This document shows, one piece after another, positions 35,715-47,309 of a stretch of 63,462 nucleotides of DNA. The DNA comes from Phoronis australis (taxonomy: Eukaryota; Animalia; Phoronida). A model generated the notes under the pieces. The model saw only the letters and a program-made list of their open reading frames with translations, ran no database searches and was not told the origin of the DNA. The position numbers and the translations under genes were made by a program. The stretch lies in contig NMRA01000101.1 in NCBI GenBank assembly GCA_002633005.1, positions 62,539 through 126,000 of the forward strand, read 5' to 3'. Positions within the stretch are counted from its first letter, which is position 1; the number at the start of each line of letters is the position of its first letter.

Positions 35715-35850
35715 GTATTTTAGGTCGCATTTAGGTAACTTTGAGTCTTCGCTGTTTTTAACAAGGTAACATTTAGGCAACTTACCCAACAATAGGTAAG
35801 CATTAGGTCACAATTACCTAATCCAGGTAACTTACCTACTTAGGGTCTGG
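35715..35850. repeat. Cluster of TAGGTAA/TTACCTA short repeats (transposon subterminal array)
   Basis: Several copies in both orientations within about 130 bp. Confidence 0.45.
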
Positions 35851-36339
35851 GTATTCTTAGAAGCTAGAGTTTAATATGTGTAACTGTGTAACTGTCCATT
35901 ACAAAGGGAGATGTTCGGTTCAGAAAACTGAATTTCAGTTTATAATTTTTAGGGGCAGTCCAATGGATCTGCACCATGAAGAAAGCACCTATTATTAGTA
36001 CTCAACTGATGCTTGCTTAATCTGTTGCTGAACATTTCATCTCCATAACATATTGTCGTGAACGTGTATTCTCTCGTTGTGTGGCGTCATGTGGTGTTGT
36101 CTTTGTTCGTCTCTGTGTGTGTGGTGTTGACATAGTGAGCCAGTGATAGGTCACGTGACTCTGGGCACGAGGGGGAATCGGGTAGTCTATGAAAGGGTGT
36201 GGAAAAAGATAGACGCTCTGGAGAGTGTAACTAGAAGCGCTCTTACAAGTGTGACACTGATGGCAAGCCCGGACAAGAAGTTGGGTAAGTTGGCTGTCTC
36301 TGAGGAATTATAGGCCGCGTTACTATAATATCAACGACA

Positions 36340-38335
36340 CTCGAGGAAAGAAGGATTTTAGAACAATGTCTCCAAATATCTGTAATTAATGGAAGTCTTT
36401 GTCACAACTGCTCTTCAAATTTATACACAATCAATGACATGATACATGAATTAAAATATAATCAAAGACTGCAGCTATGTATCAGAAACGATGCGCCAAC
36501 TTAGACATTACTTCTCAGCAATCTGAAAAAAAGAGGACAATACTCTCCTATAACCACAAGCTATTCACTCATCCATATTAGAATCCCTACAAGTACTAAA
36601 AGTCTTCAACCAGTGACATACCGTAGTATTTTGCCAAAGCCTGGAAGTTTAATACCAATGCAAAGTCCTAAGAAGGCAATGTCAGCAAATAAGACATTAA
36701 ATCTTACTGAACATTCTTACTGTGCCTGTACTTCTGTATCAGAAAAAAATGAACCTTCTAAGAAATCTGTGACCACCTGTCAAGATCCAGTTGTCTCACT
36801 CTTAATAAGTTTGTGCAAAGGTGTAGAATCGAAAGAGCAACTGACCCCTGCAGAAAATTAGAAGAAGCTTCAAGTAGTTATTCTTAACGGCACCAAACAT
36901 CAAATTGTGATTAGCACTGCAAGAAATACCATCGCTATCATCTGTTTTTTAAAGGGATCCTTGTATCAAGAGTAGGCTCTGAGTGAGGCACCTTTGGAAA
37001 CAGGAAGGAAGGAGTGTCTTATTTATTTGCGAAGACGTACGATGATCTGAAGACCAAGTCGTGGGGTACTGCTGTACAAGAAATGTGCGATAAAGTGCCA
37101 TTTGTTGACAACTCTCGTTAAGCATTCTATTGCCACCCAAGTTTCCAGGTACAGCTGACAAAGTCAAACATGCCATTCCTCGTCTTGTAATTATGTGGGC
37201 AATTGCTATACAAAACAGATTTGACTATCTTAGCAAAGTCAAACGTGCCATTCCTCGTCTTGCGGTCAATTGCTATACAAAACAGATTTTAATATCTTAG
37301 CAAGGTGAAGCATGTTCTGACTTTCACATTGGGTGATAGTATTGTTGAACAAAAGGTATTTAAATTACACACTACTTACATGGTTCATGGTCTACGGAAT
37401 TTATGAACAGTGAAGACAAGCTAAATAAAAACCATTACCAAGTAATAGCTGTGATAAAAGCTTTCGACTGTTTGTTTCAATATTGACATATTACTTAGAT
37501 TATGCCAATTGCCACCTTTATTAATGCTACTCACAAAATTGCAAAAAGGTGTTGTTGTTTAAAAATGCTATCAAATGTCAAACTGTTTATGCAAAATCTA
37601 GGCTTTTAACACTTTGCAATCGGTGTTTCATCTTTAAGCCAAATTCCATGTTTTTTTTCCTTTTTAATTGTGGTTTTTAAATTTCAGAAGCGGTGCACTG
37701 AGTTGGGCACACAACTCAATCAAAACTATTGAACTAACAGCATGCTTAAAGAAATTTGCATGGATGTGATTAAACTGTTACACTGCTGTCGAAGCATAAC
37801 AGTTCAGATAAGAAGTAACTGACAAATTCAACAAATACCTCAGACTTGTCACACTTCCAGGTTTTAAAAACTATGGGACATCCATGTTTTCAAAACTTGA
37901 CTTGGACCTCGGAGTTTGGCAACTAATTGTGCTGTGATAATGAGCCCAATCACTACTTGTGGGCTGCAGTCAAACTGTTCTTTAACCTATTTGTCTTACT
38001 TTGATATTTAAACTTGTTTTTTAAAGAGATGACATTTGAAAATAGTGCTACCATATTTCCAAAACAATGCTAACTTATTGGCTTAAAGTAACAAGACAGA
38101 CAGTATGTCACTAATGAACAAGATTGGTCTGCCGTGATAGGATGAATACATTATGTTAATTGCACGAACTGCTAAAAAGCACATAAGAATATTGGAAAAC
38201 ATTATAACCACTACCAACGCAAGACCTGAATCAGAACCCATGGGCAAGAAAAACATAAAGAAGTCATATCTCTGACAATTTTCTTTAAAAATGAACAGGG
38301 CTATGATGACGTACTCCATTTCTAGGATTAAGCAT
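36340..38335 (+). pseudogene. Decayed DUF6589-like putative transposase gene, copy 1
   Basis: Fragments across frames: LCHNCSSNL (Zn finger); KTYDDLKTKSWGTAVQEMCDKVP; IPRLVIMWAIAIQNRFDYLSKV; FQNLDLDLGV; EYIMLIARTAKKHI; KEVISLTIFFKNEQGYDDVLHF. Family recognised from memory only. Confidence 0.5.
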
Positions 38336-38579
38336 AAAAATGAATGCCGCACAGAGTCGCCGCTTAGGAGAAAGTCTCCAATTTTCATACAACTCATCAG
38401 CTTTGACATTGACTAATTCAGCTTCAATAAAAATGCTAAACCATTCAGAAAAACAGCGTTTCACCAATGGACCAGATGGTGGTACATTATAGTTCATTTG
38501 AACGATTAATCTAGTAAACCCAGTAATTGTCATTAAGGCTGCTAGTATTCCCAATTTAGTACTTTTTAAGGAGTTCATT

Positions 38580-39265
38580 TATGAAGGCAATAATGCCATT
38601 TTGAAGAATTTGATACAAGGAACAAAGTATGTATCTGACCAGAACTGCAAAAGCTTTGTAATCTACAAAAGCTTGTGTCTGTATTCAACACAAACCGAGC
38701 TGGTTCATGACGTTACACACTCCCTGTTCAACAGACTTGTAAGTGGTCCAACGAGAATGAAAACAGCAAATTATGTTGGACACCGTTTAGTAGTTATAGG
38801 GTCACCTACTGTAAGAAGACTACTGTTCAGTCGAGATGAACCGAACAAATGTGTCTTTGAGTATAAGCGATTTGTTTTTGAAAACAAGTTGAACTGCACT
38901 GCAAATTACAAAGGTTCAAGCAGGCGATCAAACTCATTTGTTAGGGTCAGAAATAACAGGGCGGTCTTGCGTGTCCAGTTGAAGAGTTCACTGTCTGTTA
39001 AACAGTAGTTGTGGCTTGTATGGTCAGTGCAACTGTACTAAGGAATACGATGCTTTATGCAGCATGTTCAACATTGTAAACTCTGAAATGTTTAAGTGTG
39101 CAGAGTGTAACATTGTGTCAGATTTTATGAGTGAAGTTAGCGAATCATGGGCTGCATTGCCAGTTAAACAGAGACAGAAAACATTGAAATGTGCCAAGTT
39201 TGATAAGGATCGACAAGTGTTCTTGACTGACATGCCCAACATGACACAACTCCAGAGGATTTAGT
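38580..39265 (+). pseudogene. CACTA/EnSpm-type transposase C-terminal relic, copy 1
   Basis: YEGNNAILKNLIQGTKYVSDQNCKSF...YKRFVFENKLNCTANYKGSSRRSNSFV; several stops. Confidence 0.65.
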
Positions 39266-39524
39266 TGAAATTAAATGTAAACTTAATATATTGCTAAATC
39301 TATGTGGAAGCATTATTGAAAACACACTCCTGTCCTGACCTGGCAGACATGGTTGTTTTGGTTATGCTACAACCATAACAGTGAGCGACTCAAAAGCTTC
39401 AGTTGTTAGCTATCGCTCCTGTGATGAAGGACCAGCTGTATTGCAGTTCCAGTAAAAAATCATGGGTTTTGTATGTTATCCGTGACATTGTTTTCAGTCA
39501 TTTATCTACACATTTTGATGTGAA

Positions 39525-39622
39525 ATGGCCGATTACGGCGGTTGGACGATACCGCAGTTGAGACATGAATTGAAGAAACGGAATGCGAAGCAGAGTGTAC
39601 GAAACCACTAACTTATTACAAG
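39525..39622 (+). pseudogene. SAP-domain relic (probably a transposon accessory ORF)
   Basis: AAATGG start; MADYGGWTIPQLRHELKKRNAKQSVRNH*LITR fits the SAP pattern WTV.QL..EL..R....SG.K..LI.R; one stop; followed by AG|GT. Confidence 0.5.
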
Positions 39623-41691
39623 GTCATTGTTGCCATCGACATTTCGGACGTGTCGCGTGTTCAGTCAACACAGAGAAGTGAACATTTCTTTTGTCGACAA
39701 ACATCTAGAGTAAGTAAATAATGTTTGGCTCCGTAGCGTTCATTAAAAATAGTGAACTTTCACTAGGTGACGATTGCGAATTCAGAGGACCAGGAATCAA
39801 TCGTGTACAAGTGACCCGGGGGAGGGAGTACTCCCATAGAAGGTCCGTACGGGAAGTGCTGCTGAGATGGGTGGGGTTTTCATGGCCAGATTCCCACCCC
39901 TGGACAAGTGATTCAAGTATATCCGTTTTTAATTATACATGGTTAGTCACAGCTACCTGTCATAGCTTAATTGCCCATTTGTTTGGCTGTATTCATCTGT
40001 GCCAGAAAAATGCTGAGAGCAAACACACCTCATTGACTTTTGATAATTTCATTTTACTGTTTCCAAAGTGTAATTATTGTTCCAGGCTGGAATCATATGA
40101 TCACAACGAAGACTTTGGTAGAGCTGATACCTGAAACCACGTGTTACAAGTGTGATTTGCCGGATGATGTCTGAAGCCACGAGTTAGAAGTGTTATTTGC
40201 CATATGACACAATTTATCGAGACATCAATGCAGACTCAGCACTGCTAGAAATACCATCGTCGCTATCATCTGTTTTTTAAAGGGATCCTTGTATCAAGAG
40301 TAGGCTCTGAGTGAGGCACCTTTGGAAACAGGAAGGAAGGAGTGTCTTATTTATTTGCGAAGACGTACGATGATCTGAAGACCAAGTCGTGGGGTACTGT
40401 TGTGCAAGAAATGTGCGATAAAGTGCCACTTGTCGACAACTCTCGTTAAGCATTCTATTGCCACCCAAGTTTCCAGGTACAGCTGACAAAGTCAAACATG
40501 CCATTCCTCGTCTTGTAATTATGTGGGCAATTGCTATACAAAACAGATTTGACTATCTTAGCAAAGTCAAACGTGTTCCGACTTTGACATTGGGTGATAG
40601 TTTTGCTGATCAAAAGGTATTTAAATTACACAATATTAATATGTTTCATGGTCTACAGAATTTATGAAAAATGAGCACAAGCTAAATAAAAACCATTACC
40701 AAGTAATAGCTGTGATAAAAGCTTTGGATTGTTTGTTACAATATTGACATATTACTTAGATTATGCCAATTGCCACCTTTATTAATGCTACTCACAAAAT
40801 AGCAAAAAGGTGTTGTTGTTTAAAAATGCTATCAAATGTCAAACTGTTTATGCAAAATCTAGGCTTTTAACACTTTGCAATCTGTGTTTCATCTTGAAGC
40901 CAAATTCCGTGATGTTTTTCCTTTTTAATTGTGGTTTTAAATTTCAGAAGCAGTGCACTGAGTTGGACACAAAAATCAATCAAAAGTATGATTGGAACTA
41001 ACAGCATGCTTAAAGAAATTTGAATGGATGTGGTTGAACAGTAACACTGCTGTCGAAGCATAACAGTCCAGATAAGAAATAACTGACAAATTCAATAAAT
41101 ACCTCAAACTTCACATTTCCAGGTTTTAAAAACTATGGGACATCCATGTTTTCAAACTTGACTTTGACCTCGGAGTTTGGCAACTAATTATGCTGTGATA
41201 ATGAGCCCATTCACTACTTGTGGGCTGCAGTCAAACTGTTCTTTAACCTACTTGTCTTACTTTGATATTTAAACTTGTTTTTTTAAAGAGATGACATTTG
41301 AAAATAGAGCTACCATATTTCCAAAACTATGCTAACATATTGGCTTAAATTAACAAGACAGACAGTATGTCACTAATGAACAAGATTGGTCTGCCATGAT
41401 AGGATGAATACATTATTTCAATTGCACAAACTGCTAAAAAGCACATCAGATTATTGGAAAACATTACAACCACTACCAAGGCAAGATCTGAATCAGAACC
41501 CATGGGCAAGAAAAACATAAAGAGGTCATATCTCTTGACAGCGCTATGATGACGTACTCCATTTCTAGGATTAAGCATAAAAATGAATGCGCATAGTCGC
41601 CGCTTAGGAGAAAAAGTCTCCGATTTTCATACAATGCATCAGCTTTGACATTGACCAATTCAGCTTCAATAAAAATGCTAAAAGCATTCAG

Positions 41692-42517
41692 TTTCTGTTT
41701 CTGTTTCTGTGGTGACGTCAGAGGGTAGGCACCGGGATAGTCTCTGGCCCTCCTCCTTCCAGTATCGCACGTTATGTAAATTTGGAGATGCAACCAAGTT
41801 CGTGCTGGTTACACACTCTTCGATCTTTTCCCCTGATGCGAGTTTTTGCTGCATCTCCGTATTGCCATCGTCGCTCTATGAGGCACTTTGTTGCCAGTAC
41901 ACAGCCTCTCCCTCACCAAGACTTCTATGTTTTACCTCTCCGGGGTAACACACATAAACTGGATACCCTAGTGGCTCCAGGCTAATTGCATGGAGGATCT
42001 TGGAGCAGGTTGGAGCCCTAAAGGTGCAGTGTGCATGAACCACCGGCATGTGGACACGCTCTGGCACTCACCATTCCAACCCCCAGCTATGGATTAAATA
42101 GTGTTGGATGTCAGTAATCAACAGCGGAAGAAAGTTACATACAATACATTAACGGCGAAGGGCGTAGGAGGAGTCACACTCCCACCGGCCAGCTGACAAT
42201 TTTCAAAAGGGCGTGAGCTGCCCGCCCGGCAGAAATGCACCGAGAAGTAGCGGCTTTTGGTGATCAGGTTATAACCTCTCTTTATGGCCGTAAACCGAGA
42301 GGGCCATGCGTCGCGAGTGGTAGTGGGAGAGACTATTCAGTTTCATTGGGAGGTTCTGCTCACTCTAAATTAGGCAGCTCCTGGTCAGTAAGGATCCTCC
42401 CCGGCCCGTCTGTAACCACGACTGAGCCATCAGGGTTATTTAGGACGTTAAACTTGCGGCTTACGTTATCAGGACAGCGCAGTAATAAATACCCAGCGAC
42501 TGGATTCCAGATCGCAC
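41692..42517 (-). mobile_element. Non-LTR retroposon (SINE or bipartite RTE-like) insertion
   Basis: Absent from the paralogous site at about 38438; 10-bp TSD AAGCATTCAG/AACCATTCAG; 3' tail (CAGAAA)3 on minus. Confidence 0.75.
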
Positions 42518-42659
42518 AACCATTCAGAAAAACAATGTTTCACCAATGGGCCAGATGGTGGTACATTATACAGTTCATTTGAATGATTAATCTAGAAAAG
42601 CCAGTAATTGTCATTAAGGCTGCTAGCATTCCACATTTAGTACTTTTTAACGAAATCAT

Positions 42660-43320
42660 TTATGAAGGCAATAATGCCTTTTTGAAGAATTTGATACAAG
42701 GAACACAGTATGTATCTGACCAGAACTGCAAAAGCTTTGTAATCTACAAAAGCTTGTGCCTGTATTAGACACAAACCGAGCTGGTTCATGACATTACAGA
42801 CTCCCTGTTCAACAGACTTGTAAGTGGTCCAACGAGAATGAAAACAGCAAATTATGTTGGACGCTGTTTAGTAGTTATAAGGTCACCTACTGTAAGAAGA
42901 CTACTGTTCAGTCGAGATGAACCCAACAAATGTGTCTTTGAGTATAAGCGATTTGTTTTTGAAAACAAGTTGAACTGCACTGCAAATTACAAAGGTTCAA
43001 GCAGGCGATCGGACTCGTTTGTTAGAGTCAGAAATAATGGGACTGTCTTGCGTGTCGAGTTGAAGAGTTTACTGTCTCACAGTAGTTGTGGATTGTATGG
43101 TCAGTGCAACTGTACTACGGAATACGATGCTTTATGCAGCATGTTCAACATTGTAGACTCTGAAGTGTGCAGAGTACAACATTGTTCAGATTTTATGAGT
43201 GAAGTTACTGAATCAGGGGCAGCATTGGCAGTTAAACGAAGCCAGATAATTGGGAAATGTGTCAAGTGTGTTAAGTGCTTTTGATTGACATCCCCAACAT
43301 GATAGAACTTGAGTGGTCTT
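42660..43320 (+). pseudogene. CACTA/EnSpm-type transposase C-terminal relic, copy 2
   Basis: YEGNNAFLKNLIQGTQYVSDQNC...; paralogous to 38580-39265. Confidence 0.65.
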
Positions 43321-43867
43321 AATTGAAATTATATGTACACTTGTTGTAATGCTAGATCTATATTGGAAGCATTATTGAAAATACACTCCTGTCCTGACGT
43401 GAAACCCATGGTTGTTTTGGTTATGCTATAACCAAAACAATTGAAATCTGTTCTCCAAGACAAAAACAATTTTCAAAAGTATGCTTTGCGTCACACTATT
43501 TTCTCAAAATGATAAATTTTGAACTATTTTTCTGAAAATGTGATGATGAAAATTGTTACTCACTCTCTCAAAGGCTTATTATCAGTTAAAGACTCACAAA
43601 ATATTGGCTTACAATGTTATCTGTTCAACTGCTAATTGCTACTCTTGAGCTGAACACGTTAAAGTGAGTCACTGACATGCCTGCCAACTACTTAACACTT
43701 TAAAATTCATAGTTTTCACTAGTGTTAACTACATCATTGGATGTACTATTTGATAGACAATAAAAGATGTGAATCGAGTCAATGACTAAAAAAAGAGTCT
43801 ATAGCCCCCCCNCCCCCCCCCCCCCCCAGCACCCATGCGGTGTGCTACCCATAAATACATAGGAACC

Positions 43868-44905
43868 AGTTTGGTGCTGAAAGAGGTATGTCGTTTGCAG
43901 AGAACGGTGTCTGCTAAAGAGCACTGTAAAGGGAATGAGTTTAAAACCTTTTAGTTGTACATTGCTCTTTTAGCATTGAATGGTATTCTGCCTGATGTAT
44001 ATGTAAACCAAATGTTTTTGCTGGTATGGTTATCACACAAGCTTTTGGGAACTTCGGTGTCTTTCAGTGACATTTGAAAGTCCAAGGCAATATTGGACAA
44101 TTTTTGTCTGAAAACAAAAGGGTTATATGGATAAGAGAAGTGCACATTTAATGTGTATCAACTTTCTAATTTGGTTTGTTTGTGAACCACTGTGGTCTAT
44201 TTCCACAATCTTGTTTGAAGGCAATAATGCCCTTTTGAAGAATTTGGTGCAAGGAACTCAATAGGTATCTGATCAGAACTGCAAAAGCTTTGTAATCCAT
44301 AAAAGTTCATGCTTGTATTTGAAGCAAATTAAGCTGGTTCATGATGCTAGACTCCCTGTTCAACATTTGTGTAAGTTGTCAAACTAGAATGAAAACTGCA
44401 AATGATGTTGGGTACAGTCTAGTGGTATTTAGACCACCTACTGTAAGAATTATACTCTTCCATTACTGTTCAGTAGAGATGAACCCAACAAATGTGTCTA
44501 CTGAATATAAGCGATTTGTTTTTGAAAACAAATTGTACTGCACAGCAAAGTAAAAGGTTCAAGCAGGTGATCAGACTCATCTGTTAGAGCCAGAGATAAT
44601 GGGACTGTCTTGCGTGTCCAATTAAAGAGTTTACTGCCTGTTAAACTAAACAGTAGTTGTGGCTTGTATGGTCAGTGTAACTGTACTACAGAAAGCACGA
44701 TGTACAATATTGTAGACTCTGAAGTGTTTAAGTGTGCAGAGTAGAACATTGTGTCAATTTTTATGAGTGAACTTACCACATCACGGGTTGCAGTGGCAGT
44801 TAAAACGAGCCAGATTATTGGGAAATGCCTCAAGGTTGTGAAAGGTCGACAAGTGTTCTTGAGTAACATACCGAAAATGACAGAACTTGAACAGTTTTAG
44901 TTAAA
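43868..44905 (+). pseudogene. CACTA/EnSpm-type transposase relic, longer copy 3
   Basis: KEVCRLQRTV..HCKGNEFKTF*LY..LNGILPDVYVNQMFLLV..LL..KAILDNFC..LYG*EKCTFNV..PLWSISTILFEGNNALLKNLVQGT matches the recalled WKASE/LP..Y..HF/YG...TFN.H/GPLW..S.F.FE series. Confidence 0.72.
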
Positions 44906-45024
44906 ACTAAATGCACAGTTGTTGCAAACATTACGTGAAAGAACATGTAAGTGACCATTTTAGATCTACAACTACTGAAATAATCGTAAAAACACCTAGG
45001 GAACAAGTGGCTACACAAAAGCAT

Positions 45025-45140
45025 GTAAATTTGAGTGCAGGTTATCAGACACAGGAGACAAAGAGTTATGAATGTAGCCCCGTAAATTTGAGTGTAGGTG
45101 TCGAGACACCGGAGCCATAGAGACATGAATGTAGCTCTGT
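45025..45140. repeat. 57-bp tandem repeat, 2 copies
   Basis: GTAAATTTGAGTG...ATGAATGTAGC at 45025 and 45082. Confidence 0.7.
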
Positions 45141-45309
45141 TACTCAGGTATATGGTTATAACGAGTCATAAGTGGGGAAGTTGAACCCTATTACTATAGA
45201 ATTTAATCCGGGTGTTCATTATGGTCCTTCTTCGTCTGTTGTTGCGCCAGAGTCAAACTTTGCAACACAAGAGATTATCAAAGTTATAGAAAAGTTTGAC
45301 CTTAAGTGT

Positions 45310-45530
45310 CTTTCTCAACCCGAACCAACTGTTTTTTGACGCGAATCCTATTAACTATCCAGACCAGAAAAGTTGTTTCAATGCGTTGATTGACAGCTGT
45401 AATATTTCCCAATTGGAGAAAATGCATTATCTCAAAAAATATTGTCTGGTAAAGCCAACAAGGCTGTTAGTGGCTTTGCATACTAGATCAGTGTGATAGT
45501 ATATGATAGATGGCGCCACAGTCCGTTACG
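45310..45530 (+). pseudogene. BEL/Pao LTR retrotransposon gag (DUF1759-like) relic
   Basis: FDANPINYPDQKSCFNALIDSCNISQLEKMHYLKKY, then GKANKAVSGF in a shifted frame. Confidence 0.65.
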
Positions 45531-45992
45531 ATGATTTGTCGTCTCAGCGTTTCCTATTCAATCTGTGGATCTGTATAGTGGTATGTTGGTGCATGGAAGT
45601 GGTCTGTATTGATGAATGAATAAATAAAGACTCCCTCACCCTATACGCAACAAGCTTTCAATTAGAACGTGATGTTGGAAATTTCTTGGTCTTAACTGTC
45701 CAGGGGAATAATATGTAAGGATTACACAGCCAATTTCCACGAGCAACAGAGAATGAATAGGATATTATCCGTGTCTGCCAACATTGAATGTTTCTGCTGC
45801 AAGCCAGTGTGTTTATTTGCCTTTATTGTCTACCTCTTTGGACAGGCAACGACCACTTTAGGTATATTCCAAATCAGCATCAACATGCTGTCAACCAAGT
45901 GAAAATTTTAAGACGAGTAACCTCGCTGTGATTTATTTTTTTTGTTTTTGATATATAATTAATATAGAACAAAATCCAGACCAGTACCTTAC

Positions 45993-46148
45993 ATTATTCC
46001 TTCTTGGCCATGCTAAATATCATAGTTTATATCATCAAAGTAATGCTTTCCTCACATGACAAATTAGGTATTATTCCTTATTGGCCATGCTAAATATCAT
46101 AGTTTATATCATCAAAGTAATGCTTTCCTCAGATGGCAAATAATTAGG
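45993..46148. repeat. About 77-bp tandem duplication
   Basis: ATTATTCCTT.TTGGCCATGCTAAATATCATAG...CTTTCCTCA repeated twice. Confidence 0.8.
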
Positions 46149-47186
46149 TTCTTGCTGCAAACAAATTGAACTATAAGTTTATATTTCTGTGTAAAAAAAG
46201 AAAGTTTTTCATTGACTGTTTTGATGAATTCCCTACTCAGATCTTAGTTCAGGAACAATAGTTCAACCACGTTAAGGCAAGCACAATAACCAGTGAATTC
46301 AGCCTTTATGTTAAAAGCAGTACCCTGCCTATCTTAATAATTTATTCCACCTCAGTGGGATATAAAGTGATAATCATATTATAGCTTATGTGGATTTTTG
46401 GGGTCAACTAGTCTCCAATGTGTGTAAAAAGACCAGATGAACACATCATAGAGGTCGGATCTGTCCAAAACTTGTCATCGTCTGTCATGAGCTTCATAGG
46501 AACACACATGCCAAATTTTAATAAGATCCTGCAAGGTGTTTAGGATATACAGCAGCAGACGCTGAATCTCACACAGAGAAGACTACAATATGAACTCGCA
46601 TATAAAAATGAGAGCGCATAAAAATAAAATCTTATAGGTGGTCCTGAACCCCGAGATCTGAGTGTCCATATGACTGTGGAGCAGGTCAAACAGAACACCA
46701 AGTAATCATTGAATGCCCTCTTATTCAAAATACAAGATCTACTTTCCCATGACGACGTTCACATTAGCCAGGCATGTGCATCATTAACAGACATTCAAAA
46801 GGTCATTGTACTTTAGTGAAAATGTTAAAGCATTTTACACGCTGAATCCCACGCTCGGCGTGAACACAGAATCGTGCAATGTTCTGAGTCTAGAAGTGAA
46901 TTTAGCAGTACCCATTTATTTGTGGATTAAGGGAAATTAATAGTAAAATGTGATCAAATGGATACCTACTACAGTGACTGCCATCCTTACATCAAAAATG
47001 GGATGAGATGTATTTTCAAGATACACAATGTCAATTTGCATAAAAAAGGTGTGTCCTAAGAGTGACTGAATACCAACACATGAATACGCAAGTTTTCACA
47101 AGATTGACATTAATGACCTATCTGATATAATTCGGCTGTCAGCAAGCTTCACTGATCTTCACAAAATTCGCTTCTTCCACCTTCTT

Positions 47187-47309
47187 TCAACTTGAAAGTG
47201 CCCATAGTTCTGACATTGCATCATTGTTAGCACCAAACAATCCCTGTGGTTTCCTGAAGGTTACTGCGGGGTCTTCTTTTAACCGCTTCTTGCATTCCTT
47301 TTGAAACAG
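47187..47309 (-). CDS. NOC4L: NOC4L coding exon 13 (last)
   Basis: tttcag|LFQKECKKRLKEDPAVTFRKPQGLFGANNDAMSELWALSS*; candidate AATAAA (tttatt on +) at 46915-46920. Confidence 0.9.
   Translation of the reverse strand: MFQKECKKRLKEDPAVTFRKPQGLFGANNDAMSELWALSS

Larger units (their letters stand above)
36913..43439. repeat. Local segmental duplication: 36913-39380 and 40238-43439
   Basis: Colinear ~2.5-kb copies with many substitutions and indels; copy 2 carries an extra 826-bp insertion. Confidence 0.9.

Noticed and set aside
38285-38578. 97-aa minus-strand ORF in the duplicated block
   Set aside because: Not assignable, and interrupted by an insertion in the paralogous copy.
39636-39670. Hammerhead-like GAAAUGUC on minus
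   Set aside because: The CUGANGA core is broken and there is no stem I pairing.
43805-43827. Poly-C tract as a G-quadruplex element
   Set aside because: It contains an N at a contig join, so its length and context are unreliable.
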